Origin: an uncultured Solirubrobacterales bacterium
GTDB taxonomy: Bacteria > Actinomycetota > Thermoleophilia > Solirubrobacterales > 70-9
Reading direction: 5' to 3'
DNA: 64,000 nt
Assembly: GCA_963824705.1 (NCBI GenBank)
Contig: CAWGQE010000003.1
Coordinates: forward strand, 562,286 to 626,285
Made by a program: the position numbers and the translations under genes. The first letter of the stretch is position 1, and each line of letters begins with the position of its first letter. Below are positions 44,558 to 55,300 of this stretch, in pieces. The notes beneath the pieces are model-generated. The model searched no databases and was not told the DNA's origin. It saw only the letters and a program-made list of their open reading frames with translations.

Positions 44558-45247
44558 TTACAGCGAGGCGAGCAGGAGATCGCTCAGCTCCGGCTCGAGA
44601 TCGTGCAGGCGCTGCGGGTCGCCACCGCCGGCGCGGGTCGATACCAGCGCCATCGCGGCGCCGATCAGGCGGCGCTCCAGCCCGGGCAGCGGTGTTGCCC
44701 TGTCGGGGTCGGTGAGCACGTCGCGCAGCATCGCGCCGAGGCGCTCGATCAGATCGCGGCGCGCGCCGGTCAGCGCCGCGATCTGCGGCGGTGGCTCGGC
44801 GCTGAGCAGGCGGCCGACGTCGGGCTCGGCGGCGAGGAAGCCGAGCGCCGCGGCGATGCCGGTGCGAGCCCGGCCACGCCGGTCCGCCTCGGCGACGGGG
44901 CCGCGCGCCTCGACCAGCGCCGCGCAGGCCCCCTCGATCTCCTCGCAGAGCCGGCTCGCCTCAGTCTCATACGCCGCCAGGAGGCAGGCCCAGAGGTCCT
45001 CGAAGTGCTGGTAGAAGGTGCGGCTGGAGACGCCGGCCAGCTCGGTCACGCGGGCCGCGGTGATGCGGCCGTAGCCCTGCTCGGCGACGGCCGTCGCCGC
45101 TGCCTCGAGCAAGCGCAGGCGCTGGTGCGCGCGGACCAGGTCGGCCGGGATGCCGTGGTGGCCGGGGGGGAGGCGCAGCGTCGGCACGGCCTCGGCCTCC
45201 GCCGGCTCGGCGAGGGCGGTGCCGGCGACGAGGCGCAGCTCAGTCAT
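44558..45247 (-). CDS. TetR-family regulator (1 of 4)
   Basis: The ATG at 45247 gives MTELRL. LPPGHHGIP...RLRLLEAAATAVAEQGYGRITAARVTELAGVSSRTFYQHF. Confidence 0.85.
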   Translation of the reverse strand: MTELRLVAGTALAEPAEAEAVPTLRLPPGHHGIPADLVRAHQRLRLLEAAATAVAEQGYGRITAARVTELAGVSSRTFYQHFEDLWACLLAAYETEASRLCEEIEGACAALVEARGPVAEADRRGRARTGIAAALGFLAAEPDVGRLLSAEPPPQIAALTGARRDLIERLGAMLRDVLTDPDRATPLPGLERRLIGAAMALVSTRAGGGDPQRLHDLEPELSDLLLASL

Positions 45248-45960
45248 CTCTCCTCGGCCTCTTCCTCGACCCCCGTCAGCCGCGTCCGCTCGCGCTCCAG
45301 CAGCTCGCTCGCCCGCTCGAAGGCGCCTTCGGCCTCCTCCTTGCCGAAGTAGGAGCCGGCGGCGAAGTGCATCAGCTCGGGCAGCGTCTCCCAGAGGCGC
45401 CCCGGATCGCCGGCGCCGAGCGCCTCGCAGACGCAGGACTCGATCCCGCCGACGACGAAGGCGCCGGTCGCCTCCGGCGGTGCCTCGGCGGGGTCGATGT
45501 CGGCGCGGACGCTGTCGATCGTCGCAGCGAGGCGCTCGACCGCGGCCTCGTGGCGGGCCAGCGCCGGCTCGCCGGCGATCTGCACCTCGACGAAGAGCGC
45601 CCTGGAGATCGCCGGCCGCGCGGTGACGAACTGAAAGAGGCGCACTATCGCCTCGCGGACGCCGGCCTCCCACCCCGGAGCGGTCGCCGCCGCTTCGAGC
45701 ACGCTGACACCGAGCCGCTCGATCCAGACCGCGTAAGCCTGGGCGAAGCAGTCCTCCTTGCTCTCGAAGTGCTGGTAGAACTGCGCCCGGTGCCCGCCGC
45801 TGTGCTCGAGGATCGCGCGCACCGAGGTCTCGCGGAAGCCGACCTCGCCGCAGACCGCCAGTACCGCTTCCATCGCCCCCTCGCGCACATCGAGCTCGGA
45901 GCCTTGGTCTGCTCCCAGCGAATCGACCCGATTAGCAGCTGCTGAGGCTTTCGCTGACAT
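45244..45960 (-). CDS. TetR-family regulator (2 of 4)
   Basis: ATG at 45960. AMEAVLAVCGEVGFRETSVRAILEHSGGHRAQFYQHF. ATGA overlap with the next TetR gene. Confidence 0.85.
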   Translation of the reverse strand: MSAKASAAANRVDSLGADQGSELDVREGAMEAVLAVCGEVGFRETSVRAILEHSGGHRAQFYQHFESKEDCFAQAYAVWIERLGVSVLEAAATAPGWEAGVREAIVRLFQFVTARPAISRALFVEVQIAGEPALARHEAAVERLAATIDSVRADIDPAEAPPEATGAFVVGGIESCVCEALGAGDPGRLWETLPELMHFAAGSYFGKEEAEGAFERASELLERERTRLTGVEEEAEER

Positions 45961-46029
45961 ACGCCCTATAAAAACTACTCCTTTTTCGTCAGATATGAAA
46001 TCTTTTTCAAGTCGGCTACTCTCGGAGGC

Positions 46030-46683
46030 ATGCAGTACCTCTCGCAAAGACTGGCGACCAAGCCGTCTCCGCGGCGGGGGAAGGAGACCGACGGGCCGCT
46101 TGCATCGTCCCCGCAGCGCGAGCGGATCCTCGACGCGGCCGAGCGGCTGAGCGCCGAGCGCGGCTGCGCCGGCACCTCGATCGAAGCGATCGTCAAGGAG
46201 GCGGGGGTCTCCTCGGTCACCTTCTACGAGTTCTTCGCCGGCAAAGAAGAGTGCTTCGTCGCCGCCTTCGACCGAGCCGTGGGCTGGGGCATGGAGCGGA
46301 TCGAGGTCGCGATCCGCGAGGCCGGCGAGGCGGGCGAGCTCTCCTGGCCGGAGCGGCTGGCGACCGGCCTGCGGACGACGACGGCCCTCGTCGTCGAGGC
46401 CCCGGCGAGGGCCCGCCTCTGCCTAGTCGAGGCGCAGAGCGGGGGATCCGAGCTGAACGCCCGCTTCGAGGCGACGCTCGACCGGCTCGCGGCGAAGCTG
46501 CGCGAGGGGCGGGCCCTCTCGACGGCGTCGGTTGACCTGCCGGCGACCCATGAGGAGGCGACCGCGGGGGCCCTCGCCTGGTTGCTGCGCGAGCGCCTCG
46601 AGACAGGCGGCGCCGGGAAGCTCGAGGCGCTCTATCCCGAACTGATCGACATCGCCCTGGCCCCGTACCTAGGAGATGGCTGA
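46030..46683 (+). CDS. TetR-family regulator (3 of 4)
   Basis: RERILDAAERLSAERGCAGTSIEAIVKEAGVSSVTFYEFF. Confidence 0.85.
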   Translation: MQYLSQRLATKPSPRRGKETDGPLASSPQRERILDAAERLSAERGCAGTSIEAIVKEAGVSSVTFYEFFAGKEECFVAAFDRAVGWGMERIEVAIREAGEAGELSWPERLATGLRTTTALVVEAPARARLCLVEAQSGGSELNARFEATLDRLAAKLREGRALSTASVDLPATHEEATAGALAWLLRERLETGGAGKLEALYPELIDIALAPYLGDG

Positions 46684-47341
46684 GCAGGGCTCACAAGCGG
46701 CCGGGACCCTGGCGGGCAGCGAGCGCCTGCCGCCGGGCCGGCACGGCCTGCCGCGCATCTTCGTCGCTGAGAACCAGCGCGAACGCCTGCTCAACGGCGT
46801 CGTCGAGGCGGTCGCCGGGCACGGCTACAACGCGGCGACGATCGCGAGCATCACCAAGGCGGCGAAGATCTCCCGCCGCACCTTCTACGAGTACTTCGAG
46901 GGCAAGGAGGACTGTTTCCTCGCCGCCTTCGAGATGATCGAGGCCCATGTCCTCGACTCGATGCTGGCGGCGCCAGGAGCGGGGGAGGCCTGGCCCGACC
47001 GGGTGCGCGTCCGCCTCGCCGCCCTGCTCGATGTCCTCTCCCGCGACACCGCCATCGCCCGCTGCTTCCTGATCGAGCCCCTCGCCGCGGGCGGCGAGGT
47101 CGCCGCCCGCTACCGCGAGGCGATGCAGCTGCTCGCCGCGACCCTCCGCCCCGAGCCGCCCCCCTCCGAGCTGAACATGGAAGTCCGCGACCAGGCCCTC
47201 GTCGGCGGCATAGCGACCCTGATCGTCCGCCGCCTCAACAGCGGCGGCGCCCAGCGCCTTCCCGACCTCCTGCCAGATCTGGTCGAGCTGGCTCTCGCGC
47301 CCTACTTAGGTCGCGAACAGGCCAAGCGTTTGGCGGCGTAG
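46676..47341 (+). CDS. TetR-family regulator (4 of 4)
   Basis: LPPGRHGLPR...RERLLNGVVEAVAGHGYNAATIASITKAAKISRRTFYEYF. It overlaps the previous gene by 8 nt. Confidence 0.85.
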   Translation: MAEQGSQAAGTLAGSERLPPGRHGLPRIFVAENQRERLLNGVVEAVAGHGYNAATIASITKAAKISRRTFYEYFEGKEDCFLAAFEMIEAHVLDSMLAAPGAGEAWPDRVRVRLAALLDVLSRDTAIARCFLIEPLAAGGEVAARYREAMQLLAATLRPEPPPSELNMEVRDQALVGGIATLIVRRLNSGGAQRLPDLLPDLVELALAPYLGREQAKRLAA

Positions 47342-47372
47342 GTCCTCACGGACGGGTGTTAACGTATCCGTT

Positions 47373-47741
47373 ATGCAAGCGAATGACACTCCCCTACTCG
47401 GGCAGGTGCTTCGAGACGCCCGCCGTCGCGCCGGGATTTCCCAGAAGCAGCTTGCCATCCGCACGGGCATAGCGGCTCCGGCGATAAGCAGGATCGAAAA
47501 TGGGCGGGAGTCACCTTCGTTCGAGCGCCTGGTCACCTGTCTCGAGGCCCTCGGCTTCGAACCCAACCTCGAGCTGCTTCCGCTTTCCGGCAGTCAGGCC
47601 GATCCCGTGCATCTGGCGGCTGAGGCAGAATTGACTCCGGCTCAACGCCTGGAAAGCCTGTTCGAATGGATGCGATTTGGCGACAGTCTGGCCCGGGCGC
47701 AACTGAAGCCGCTCGCTCCGCGTGAGGTCGACGATGCTTGA
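47373..47741 (+). CDS. XRE-family HTH protein (putative antitoxin)
   Basis: LGQVLRDARRRAGISQKQLAIRTGIAAPAISRIENGRESPSFERLVTCLEALG. Confidence 0.8.
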   Translation: MQANDTPLLGQVLRDARRRAGISQKQLAIRTGIAAPAISRIENGRESPSFERLVTCLEALGFEPNLELLPLSGSQADPVHLAAEAELTPAQRLESLFEWMRFGDSLARAQLKPLAPREVDDA

Positions 47742-48270
47742 GGACCTTCCCTCCGAGCTCGATCGCGGGCCGCTCGACCCAGTGCGCATCTTCGAGGCCC
47801 TCGAGCGCCACGGTGTCGAGTACCTGACGATCGGCGGCGTTGCGGTGAACGCTCACGGCCATCTCCGCAACACGCGGGACGTCGACGTTCTGATCGAGTG
47901 GACGACAGAGAACATGGGACGACTCGCCGTCGCCCTCGGTGAGCTAGACGCAAAGCTCTTCGGGGTCGACGCGGGCCTTCTCGACGTCGATCCACTCGAT
48001 CCCGAGGACCTCTTCAACGGCGGCAACTTCACGCTGCGCACCGCTGCCGGCGGCCTCGATCTCTTCGATCCCGACGAGATCCCCGGTGGGCGCCCCTATG
48101 ACGAGATGCGACCCCGAGCGGTCGAAGCGACCGTCGCAGGAATCCGCATTCGCGCTGTCGGTCTCGACGACCTGATCCGGCTCAAGCGCGAGTCGGGTCG
48201 CGACCGTGATCTCGAGGATGTTGCGACCTTGTTGGCAGCCTCCCGAAAGACCATCGACGGGGAAACTTAG
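47722..48270 (+). CDS. Minimal nucleotidyltransferase-fold protein (putative toxin partner)
   Basis: It overlaps the XRE gene (GTG 47722 or ATG 47734). YLTIGGVAVNAHGHLRNTRDVDVLI fits the hG[GS]x9-13Dh[DE]h NTase signature. Confidence 0.55.
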   Translation: MRSTMLEDLPSELDRGPLDPVRIFEALERHGVEYLTIGGVAVNAHGHLRNTRDVDVLIEWTTENMGRLAVALGELDAKLFGVDAGLLDVDPLDPEDLFNGGNFTLRTAAGGLDLFDPDEIPGGRPYDEMRPRAVEATVAGIRIRAVGLDDLIRLKRESGRDRDLEDVATLLAASRKTIDGET

Positions 48271-48301
48271 AGCCGAAAGCTTTCTTCTCGAAAACTTCTC
48301 C

Positions 48302-48330
48302 TTGCATTTGTAAACTGTTTCTTTTATGCT
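48302..48330 (+). promoter_or_regulatory. Candidate sigma70-type promoter for the giant secreted-protein operon
   Basis: TTGCAT (48302-48307), a 17-nt spacer, TATGCT (48325-48330), within the only AT-rich patch upstream. The hexamer match to consensus is only partial. Confidence 0.3.
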
Positions 48331-48448
48331 GCGCGAGCGCCTTCGAATCAGAGGGCGACAGGGAACGCAGCAACAGGGAAAACCGAGCGCCACGAAGGCC
48401 GCCATGGGAGGCGGCAGGCAGGGGCTCAAGGGACAAGGAGAGAGATAC

Positions 48449-51400
48449 GTGAGACGCCACGCGAGGGCATCGTCTTCGGGATCGAGCAAGCGCCAAGACC
48501 ACGGCGCTCCGCGCCGCCTTGCGCTCGTGGGGGCAGGAGCCCTTGCCCTGCTCATAGCCCTCGCCTCGACCGCCCTCGCCCTGCAGACCCACGCACCGGG
48601 GACCGACGTCGAAGCCCCCGCCGATGGCTTCGGATCCCTCGCGGGCATCGCCACCGATCCGAACTCCCACCAGCTCTACGTCGCCGACTCAGGCTCAAAC
48701 CGGATCGAGGGCTTCTCTTCCTCTGGGGAATTCGAAGGGACCGGAGGTTGGGGCGTCGTCGCCTCCGGACCCGGCAACGTCCCCACCAACGAGCACCAGG
48801 AACTCACGATCGATGCCACCGGCGGCACCTACTCCCTCGCCTATGAAGGCGAACCCACTTCAGCGATCGCCTTTGACGCAACGGCAGCAGAAGTTCAGTC
48901 GGCCCTCGAGGCGATCGCCCAGATAGGCCCCGGCAACGTCTCGGTCACGGGAGCGGCAGGAGGCCCCTATGACATCGAGTTCCAAGGAACGAAAGCCGAC
49001 ACCGACGTAAGTGAGCTGAGTGCAGACCCGACCAATCTCAGCGGTGGAGCACAAAGCGCCACGATCGCCACCACCGCCCAGGGCGCAGACGCCGCGGAGA
49101 TCTGCCTGACCCCCGCGAACACCTGCAAAGCAGGCATCCCCGGCAGCGGCCTAGGCCAGTTCAACGGACCCCAGGACGTAGCCATAGACGCCTCGGGGGA
49201 CTTCTTCGTCGCCGACACCGCCAACAACCGCATCGCCGCCTTCAAGGCAAACGGAGAACCGCTCGCCACCTTCGGCACCGAAGGCCTGATCGACGGCACC
49301 GCAGCACAACCCGGAAGCCAAGACGAAACCCCGGCCCCCGGCTTCTCCTCGCCTTGCGGGCTCGCGATCGACGATTCAAACGGCAACCTCTTCGTCGCCG
49401 ATCAGAACAACAACCGCATCTGGATCTTCGACTCATCAGGCGCCTTCAAAGGCAAAATCGCCGACAGCTCCCTGAACGGTCCCTGCGGGATCGCCTTCGA
49501 CTCAACTGGCGATCTCTACGTCAGAAACGCAAACAACGGCAAGGTCTTGCGCTTCGATCGCAAAGGAGCTGTCGACTACGACTTTGCCTCGACCCTCTAT
49601 GACCCTGAAGCCGAACCCAAAGAACCGGGCGCGACCGATGTAGCGGTAGACACCGCAACCGACCACGTCTACGTCGACAAGGGCGATCGGATCACCGAGT
49701 ACGACTCATCCGGCTCTTTTGTCTCGAGCTTCGCCCAAGGCCACATCAACGCCAGCGCAAGCATCGCGGTCGACTCCACCGACGCAAAGCTCTACGCGAC
49801 CTCTGGCAACCGCATCGCCACCTTCGGGCAGCTGATCACCGTTCCGGACGTAAACACCGGCGAAGCGACCGACATCGCCGATGAAACCGCGACCCTCAGG
49901 GGAACCGTCGACCCCGCCGGGCTTGACACGACCGATTGCCACTTCGAATACGACACCGCTCCCTACGCCGTCGGCGAACCGGGCCACGGTACCGAGGTCG
50001 AATGCCTCTCCGGAGACGTCATCCCCGCCGCCGGGGGAGGCCCGGTCGATGTTGCCGCGCCCGTAGCGGGCCTCGGCCCCGCCACGACCTACCACTTCCG
50101 CCTTGTTTCAGCCAACGCAGAAGGCCAGAACCAGGGCAAGGACCGCAGCTTCACGACGGTCGGTCCCCCGACCGTCGTGCGCACCTTCATAAGCGAAGTT
50201 AGCGCCAAGGCCGCAACTCTCAACGCCGACCTCAAATCCAACGGCGCTGCCACCGACTGGCACTTCGAGTACGTCGGCGACGGCGACTTCCAGCGGAGCG
50301 GCTTCGCCGGCGCGATCGATATCCCGATACCCGACGCGATTCTTGCCGCCGGCACCGCGACGATCACCCTCAGCGAGCCGCTCTCCGGCCTTCAGCCCGG
50401 GGCCCGCTACCACTACCGGATCGTCGCTTCGAACCTTGCCGGACCGCTCGCCGGTCCCGAGCGGAGCTTTCAGACCGACCCGGTCCAGACGCCGGTCGGG
50501 GTAGGCCAGTTCCCCGGCCAGGGCTTCCTGCCCGACAACCGCGCCTGGGAGATGGTCTCGCCTCCCGACAAGAACGGGGGCGGGGTGCGCGCCGGCGCGC
50601 CGACTATGTTTGTCTCCCCCGACGGCAGCCGCGTCGGCTACTCGGCCGCCTCGGCCTTCGCCGACGCTCACGGGACGGGCGAGGCTGGCGACGTGCAGTA
50701 CGGCGCCGCCCGCGGCGCCGGCGGCTGGACGAGCCACGCGATCACCCCGGAATCGGCGCCAGGCTGGACTCAGGCGCTCTCCGGCGTGACCATCGGCTTC
50801 TTCTCCAAGAACGTGACCCGCGCGATGCTGGTGGCCTACGACCTGCCGGGGGCCTCGAACGACATCCCCGAAGGGTCCACGAACCTCTATCGGGTGAACG
50901 CCGACGGGACCGATTTGCAGACGCTGACCACGCCCTTCGATCCCGGCATCACGAATCCGCTGCTCGAATTCGGCCTTCCCAATCGCCCGATTGGCGGCGA
51001 CCCCGACTTCGACCGCCTCTACTTCTCCAGCGCCCAGCCACTACTGGAGGGCGTTCCTGGCTTCCAGGAGAACGTCTACGAATGGGACGAAGGCAGCCTG
51101 CACCTCGCCGGGGTGCTGCCCGACGGCTCGATTCCCCCTGGCGGCTCTCGGGAAGTAATAGAAGGCGGTCGCGGCAGCGAAAACGTCGACACCGTCTCCG
51201 AGGACGGCTCGCGCGTCCTCTTCCTGGCCGCCCCCCCAGGCCTGAGCGACCAGCTCTACATGCGCCGCAACCACACCGACACGGCGTGGATCTCCGAACC
51301 GGAGGGCTCGACCCCGGTGTCCGACCCCCAGGGCGTCAGGTATGAGGCGGCATCGCGCGACCTGCACAGGGTCCTCTTCAGCACCGAATCCCAACTGAAC

Positions 51401-52399
51401 GACGAAGACCCCGGCGGAGGCGGCCGCGCCCTCTACACCTACACCGACTCGCCCGATCCCGAAGCGGAAACGAACCTGAAGTTCGTCTATCGGGGCGGCG
51501 ACCCCGTGGTGGTGGGCACGAGCGTCGACGGCTCAGCCGGCTACTTCTACGACAAAAGCTCCGCCGTGCTCTCTCACTGGGACGCGAGCGGCGTCGAGGC
51601 GGCGGTCGGCAGCGGCGTCTCTGGGATAACCGGCAATCTCCACACGCCGGACGCCAGGGTCAAGGTCTCGGCCGACGGCACGACGATCGCCTTCCTGGAA
51701 AGCAGACAGCTGACCGACGCCGAAATCGGCGGCCAGGCTGATGGCACACAAAACGGGTACGAGGCCCTCTATGTCTATGACTCCGACACCGAAGAGCTTG
51801 CCTGCGCCTCCTGCCCGCCGAGCGGCGCGGCGACGAGTGGGCTCACCTGGCTCTCGCCGCAGGCAAGCGAGGACATCGGACTCTACTTCCCGCTTCAAGC
51901 CCCCCGCTCCCTCTCCGCCGACGGGCGCCGGCTCTTCTTCTCGACTCCGGACGCGCTGGTGCCCGGCGACGTCAACGGCCGCTATGACGCCTACGAGTAC
52001 GATGTCGCCACGGGAGAGCCGCACCTGCTCTCCTCCGGGCACTCCAAATACGACAGCTGGTTCGCCAACGCCAGCGAAAGCGGCGACGACGCCTTCTTCG
52101 TCACCTTCGAGCGGCTCTCGGGCCACGACGTCGACAACGCCAAGGACATCTATGACGCGCGAGTCGGCGGTGGGCTGCCAGAGCCGACCCCCGCCCCGCC
52201 GGCCTGTGAGGGAGACGCCTGCCAGCCGCCGCCGGTCGGCCTGAACGACCCGACGCCCGCCAGTGAAGCTTTCCTAGGCGACGGCAACATCAAGCGGAAA
52301 AAGCAGCGGCACCACCACTCCCACAGGGGTCGCGGTGGCAAGCACAAGCATGGACGACCCCACAAGAAAGCCAATGGCGACCGGAGGGCGGCGAAGTGA
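48449..52399 (+). CDS. Very large secreted protein: NHL-repeat region, two Fn3-like modules, PD40/TolB-like beta-propeller repeats, Cys-containing polybasic tail
   Basis: GTG 6 nt after AAGGAGAG. RR-containing signal peptide (APRRLALVGAGALALLIALAS). NHL-like repeats (YVADSGSNRIEGF, FVADTANNRIAAF, FVADQNNNRIWIF). Fn3-like TYHFRLVSANAEG and YHYRIVASNLAG. PD40-like SPDGSRV, SEDGSRVLF and SADGRRLFF. Confidence 0.8.
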   Translation: MRRHARASSSGSSKRQDHGAPRRLALVGAGALALLIALASTALALQTHAPGTDVEAPADGFGSLAGIATDPNSHQLYVADSGSNRIEGFSSSGEFEGTGGWGVVASGPGNVPTNEHQELTIDATGGTYSLAYEGEPTSAIAFDATAAEVQSALEAIAQIGPGNVSVTGAAGGPYDIEFQGTKADTDVSELSADPTNLSGGAQSATIATTAQGADAAEICLTPANTCKAGIPGSGLGQFNGPQDVAIDASGDFFVADTANNRIAAFKANGEPLATFGTEGLIDGTAAQPGSQDETPAPGFSSPCGLAIDDSNGNLFVADQNNNRIWIFDSSGAFKGKIADSSLNGPCGIAFDSTGDLYVRNANNGKVLRFDRKGAVDYDFASTLYDPEAEPKEPGATDVAVDTATDHVYVDKGDRITEYDSSGSFVSSFAQGHINASASIAVDSTDAKLYATSGNRIATFGQLITVPDVNTGEATDIADETATLRGTVDPAGLDTTDCHFEYDTAPYAVGEPGHGTEVECLSGDVIPAAGGGPVDVAAPVAGLGPATTYHFRLVSANAEGQNQGKDRSFTTVGPPTVVRTFISEVSAKAATLNADLKSNGAATDWHFEYVGDGDFQRSGFAGAIDIPIPDAILAAGTATITLSEPLSGLQPGARYHYRIVASNLAGPLAGPERSFQTDPVQTPVGVGQFPGQGFLPDNRAWEMVSPPDKNGGGVRAGAPTMFVSPDGSRVGYSAASAFADAHGTGEAGDVQYGAARGAGGWTSHAITPESAPGWTQALSGVTIGFFSKNVTRAMLVAYDLPGASNDIPEGSTNLYRVNADGTDLQTLTTPFDPGITNPLLEFGLPNRPIGGDPDFDRLYFSSAQPLLEGVPGFQENVYEWDEGSLHLAGVLPDGSIPPGGSREVIEGGRGSENVDTVSEDGSRVLFLAAPPGLSDQLYMRRNHTDTAWISEPEGSTPVSDPQGVRYEAASRDLHRVLFSTESQLNDEDPGGGGRALYTYTDSPDPEAETNLKFVYRGGDPVVVGTSVDGSAGYFYDKSSAVLSHWDASGVEAAVGSGVSGITGNLHTPDARVKVSADGTTIAFLESRQLTDAEIGGQADGTQNGYEALYVYDSDTEELACASCPPSGAATSGLTWLSPQASEDIGLYFPLQAPRSLSADGRRLFFSTPDALVPGDVNGRYDAYEYDVATGEPHLLSSGHSKYDSWFANASESGDDAFFVTFERLSGHDVDNAKDIYDARVGGGLPEPTPAPPACEGDACQPPPVGLNDPTPASEAFLGDGNIKRKKQRHHHSHRGRGGKHKHGRPHKKANGDRRAAK

Positions 52400-55300
52400 A
52401 TTATCCGAGGAGCATTGCGTTTGCGATTGCGGCCCTTGTCGTACTTTCCTTGACCCCTGTCGCTGACGCCGCGCCACCGCCCCCTGAAGTGACCATCATT
52501 GCCCCCAGTTCGATCGAAGCCGGTGAGCCGGGTGTCGTTGCACCGTTTGTCTTCAACAACTCCAACCAACCTCTCGCCGGCCCGGTCACCATCGTCGAGA
52601 CCGTTTCGCCGGGAGCTGAACTGAGCGCACCGAGCTGTTTCTGCGAGTCGGCACTCGACGAGCTCGCGCGGAGGAAAGACCAGAACTGTGAGCTATCGGG
52701 CCGCACCTGGACCTGCATTGTCGACTTCGAATCGCCGGGGATGCGGGGCGGTGTCCTGCTGCGATCGTCCGATTCCTTTCAAGACGGTCAGTTGATCAGC
52801 GCCGAACCGGGCGCGAGTGGCGACATCACGATCGACGTCCGGGTGACAAGCGCCAATGCGCCTGCCGTCGAAGCTCAGAAGACTGTGAGGATCGGTCCGC
52901 CTGGGCCGTACGAATTCGGTTGGAAGGGTGCGCTCCGCAGGTCGGATCGTTCGCCCTTCGCGACCGCTGGCTCCACCCCGGATAGCTTTCTCACTGACCT
53001 CAGCCAGCCCACCTTCCCCCGTAAAGCCTTCGGAATCTTCCCGGCAGTTACCGATGTCGCCCAGCAGCTCGACGAGGTTGTCGCTCACCTTCCCCCTGGC
53101 TTCATCGGCAACCCGCAGGCTGTTCCCACCTGCCCCTTCGTTGAGCTTCAGCACCATCAGGGAAACACCCCCACCTGTCCTCGCGATTCACAGGTCGGCC
53201 TCGTCAAGCTCTCCGTCGGGGGCTTCACCGGCAGGGATATGCTCACGCCGGCGCTCTTTAACCTCGAACCTTCGGTGGGCTCCCCGGCTCGCTTCGGCTT
53301 TGAGGTTTTCGGCGTGCCGGTCGTCCTCACGGCACGCCTCAACCCCGACGACTACAGCATCGACCTCGTCAGTTCCAATACGAGTTCGACCCTCGCCCTC
53401 TTCGATGCTGAGGTTGAAGTCTGGGGCGTGCCCACTGATCCGAGTCATGACGGGGTCAGAGGTCGCTGCCTCGAAAAAGGTACCGTGAACGGCAACGGCA
53501 ACGAATGCCCCTCCGCCCTGCCTCGCACCGCCTTCCTCCGGACCCCGACCCGCTGTGAGGGTCCGCTTCGTTTCGGCCTTGAAGCAACCACCTACCAGCA
53601 CCCCGAGCTGGTCCACGAGAAGAGCTTCGAATTGCCGGTGCTGCAGGCCTGCGACAAGATCCCCTTCGACCCCGACATCTCGGTCCAGGCGACCAGCCTC
53701 GACGCCGAGTCGCCCACCGGCCTGCACGCCACCGTGCAGGTGCCGAACACCGGCTTGGAAAACCCGGACGCGGTCTCCGAATCCGACATCAAGGCGGTCA
53801 AGGTCGCCCTGCCCCGGGGAGTCACCCTGAATCCATCCCAGGCCGAAGGCCTGGGGGTCTGCACCGAAGCCCAGTATGAAAGCTCAGAACTGAGCTTTCA
53901 TCCCGACGGGACCAAGGGCTGCCCGGCCGACTCCAAGATCGGCACCGTGGAGGTCCACACGCCGCTCCTCAAAGAGACGATCCCCGGCAACGTCTACGTC
54001 GCCAAGCCCTACGACAACCCCTTTGACTCCTTGCTGGCGATCTACGTCGTGCTCGAAGAACCGATGCGCGGCGTCCTGGTCAAACTCGCCGGCAAGGTAG
54101 AACCCGACGAGAAGACCGGCAAGATCGTCACGACCTTCTCCGACCTGCCCCAACAGCCCTTCTCGAGCTTCGAGTTCAAGTTCCGCGAGGGAGCAAGAGC
54201 ACCGCTGGTAACCCCATCGACCTGCGGCACCTACACCACCGATGCCGAGTTCACCCCCTGGGCGAACCCCGACCAGGTGATCAAGCGATCGACCGCCTTC
54301 CAGATCACCAGGGGCATCGGCGGAGCGCCTTGTCCCAAGGGAGCTCCGGGCTTCAAACCGGGCTTCTCGGCAGGTTCGATCAACAACAACGCGGGCTCCT
54401 TCAGCGCCTTCGACATGCGCCTGACCCGCCAAGACGGCGAACAGGACATGACCCGCTTCTCGACCACCCTGCCGCCGGGAGTGCTCGGCAAGCTCGCAGG
54501 AGTCTCCAAATGCCCCGAAACGGCGATTGCGATTGCCAAGGCAAAGACGGGACTCGATGAGCGCGCCAATCCCTCGTGCCCAGCGAGCTCAGAGATAGGC
54601 CACAGCCTCGTCGGAGCAGGCGTGGGCTCGGTCCTCACCTACATCCCCGGCAAGATCTACCTCGGCGGTCCCTTCCACGGCGATCCGCTGAGCGTGATCG
54701 CGATCACCCCGGCTGTGGCGGGTCCCTTCGACGTCGGCACCGTCGTAGTCCACGAGGCACTGACCCTCAACCCGAAGACCGCCGAAGTAGAAGTAGACGG
54801 AGCGGCCTCGGACCCGATCCCCCACATCCTCAAGGGCATACCGGCCAAAGTCAGGGACCTGCGCGTCTACGTCGACAAGCCAAACTTCATCCTCAACCCC
54901 ACCTCTTGCGCGCCAAGCGCGACCGAGGCGACTCTCTCAGGCGGAGGTGCCGACCCCTTCAGCGTCGCCGATGACGTCCCGGTGGCGCTCACCTCGCGCT
55001 ACCAGGCGGCAGGCTGTCAGGGACTCGGCTTCAAACCAAGCCTGGCGCTCAACCTCAAGGGCGGCACCAAACGAGGTGAGTTCCCAGCCCTGAAAGCTCT
55101 TTACAAGCCACGCAAGGGCGACGCGAACGTCAAAGGCCTCGTAGTCCGCCTGCCACGCTCCGCCTTCCTCGAACAGGGCCACATCAGAACGATCTGCACC
55201 AGGGTCCAGTTCGCAGCAGACAACTGCCCCAAGGCATCTGTCTACGGCCAGATCAAAGCCTGGACCCCGTTGCTCGAAGACCCCCTGGAAGGACCTGTCT

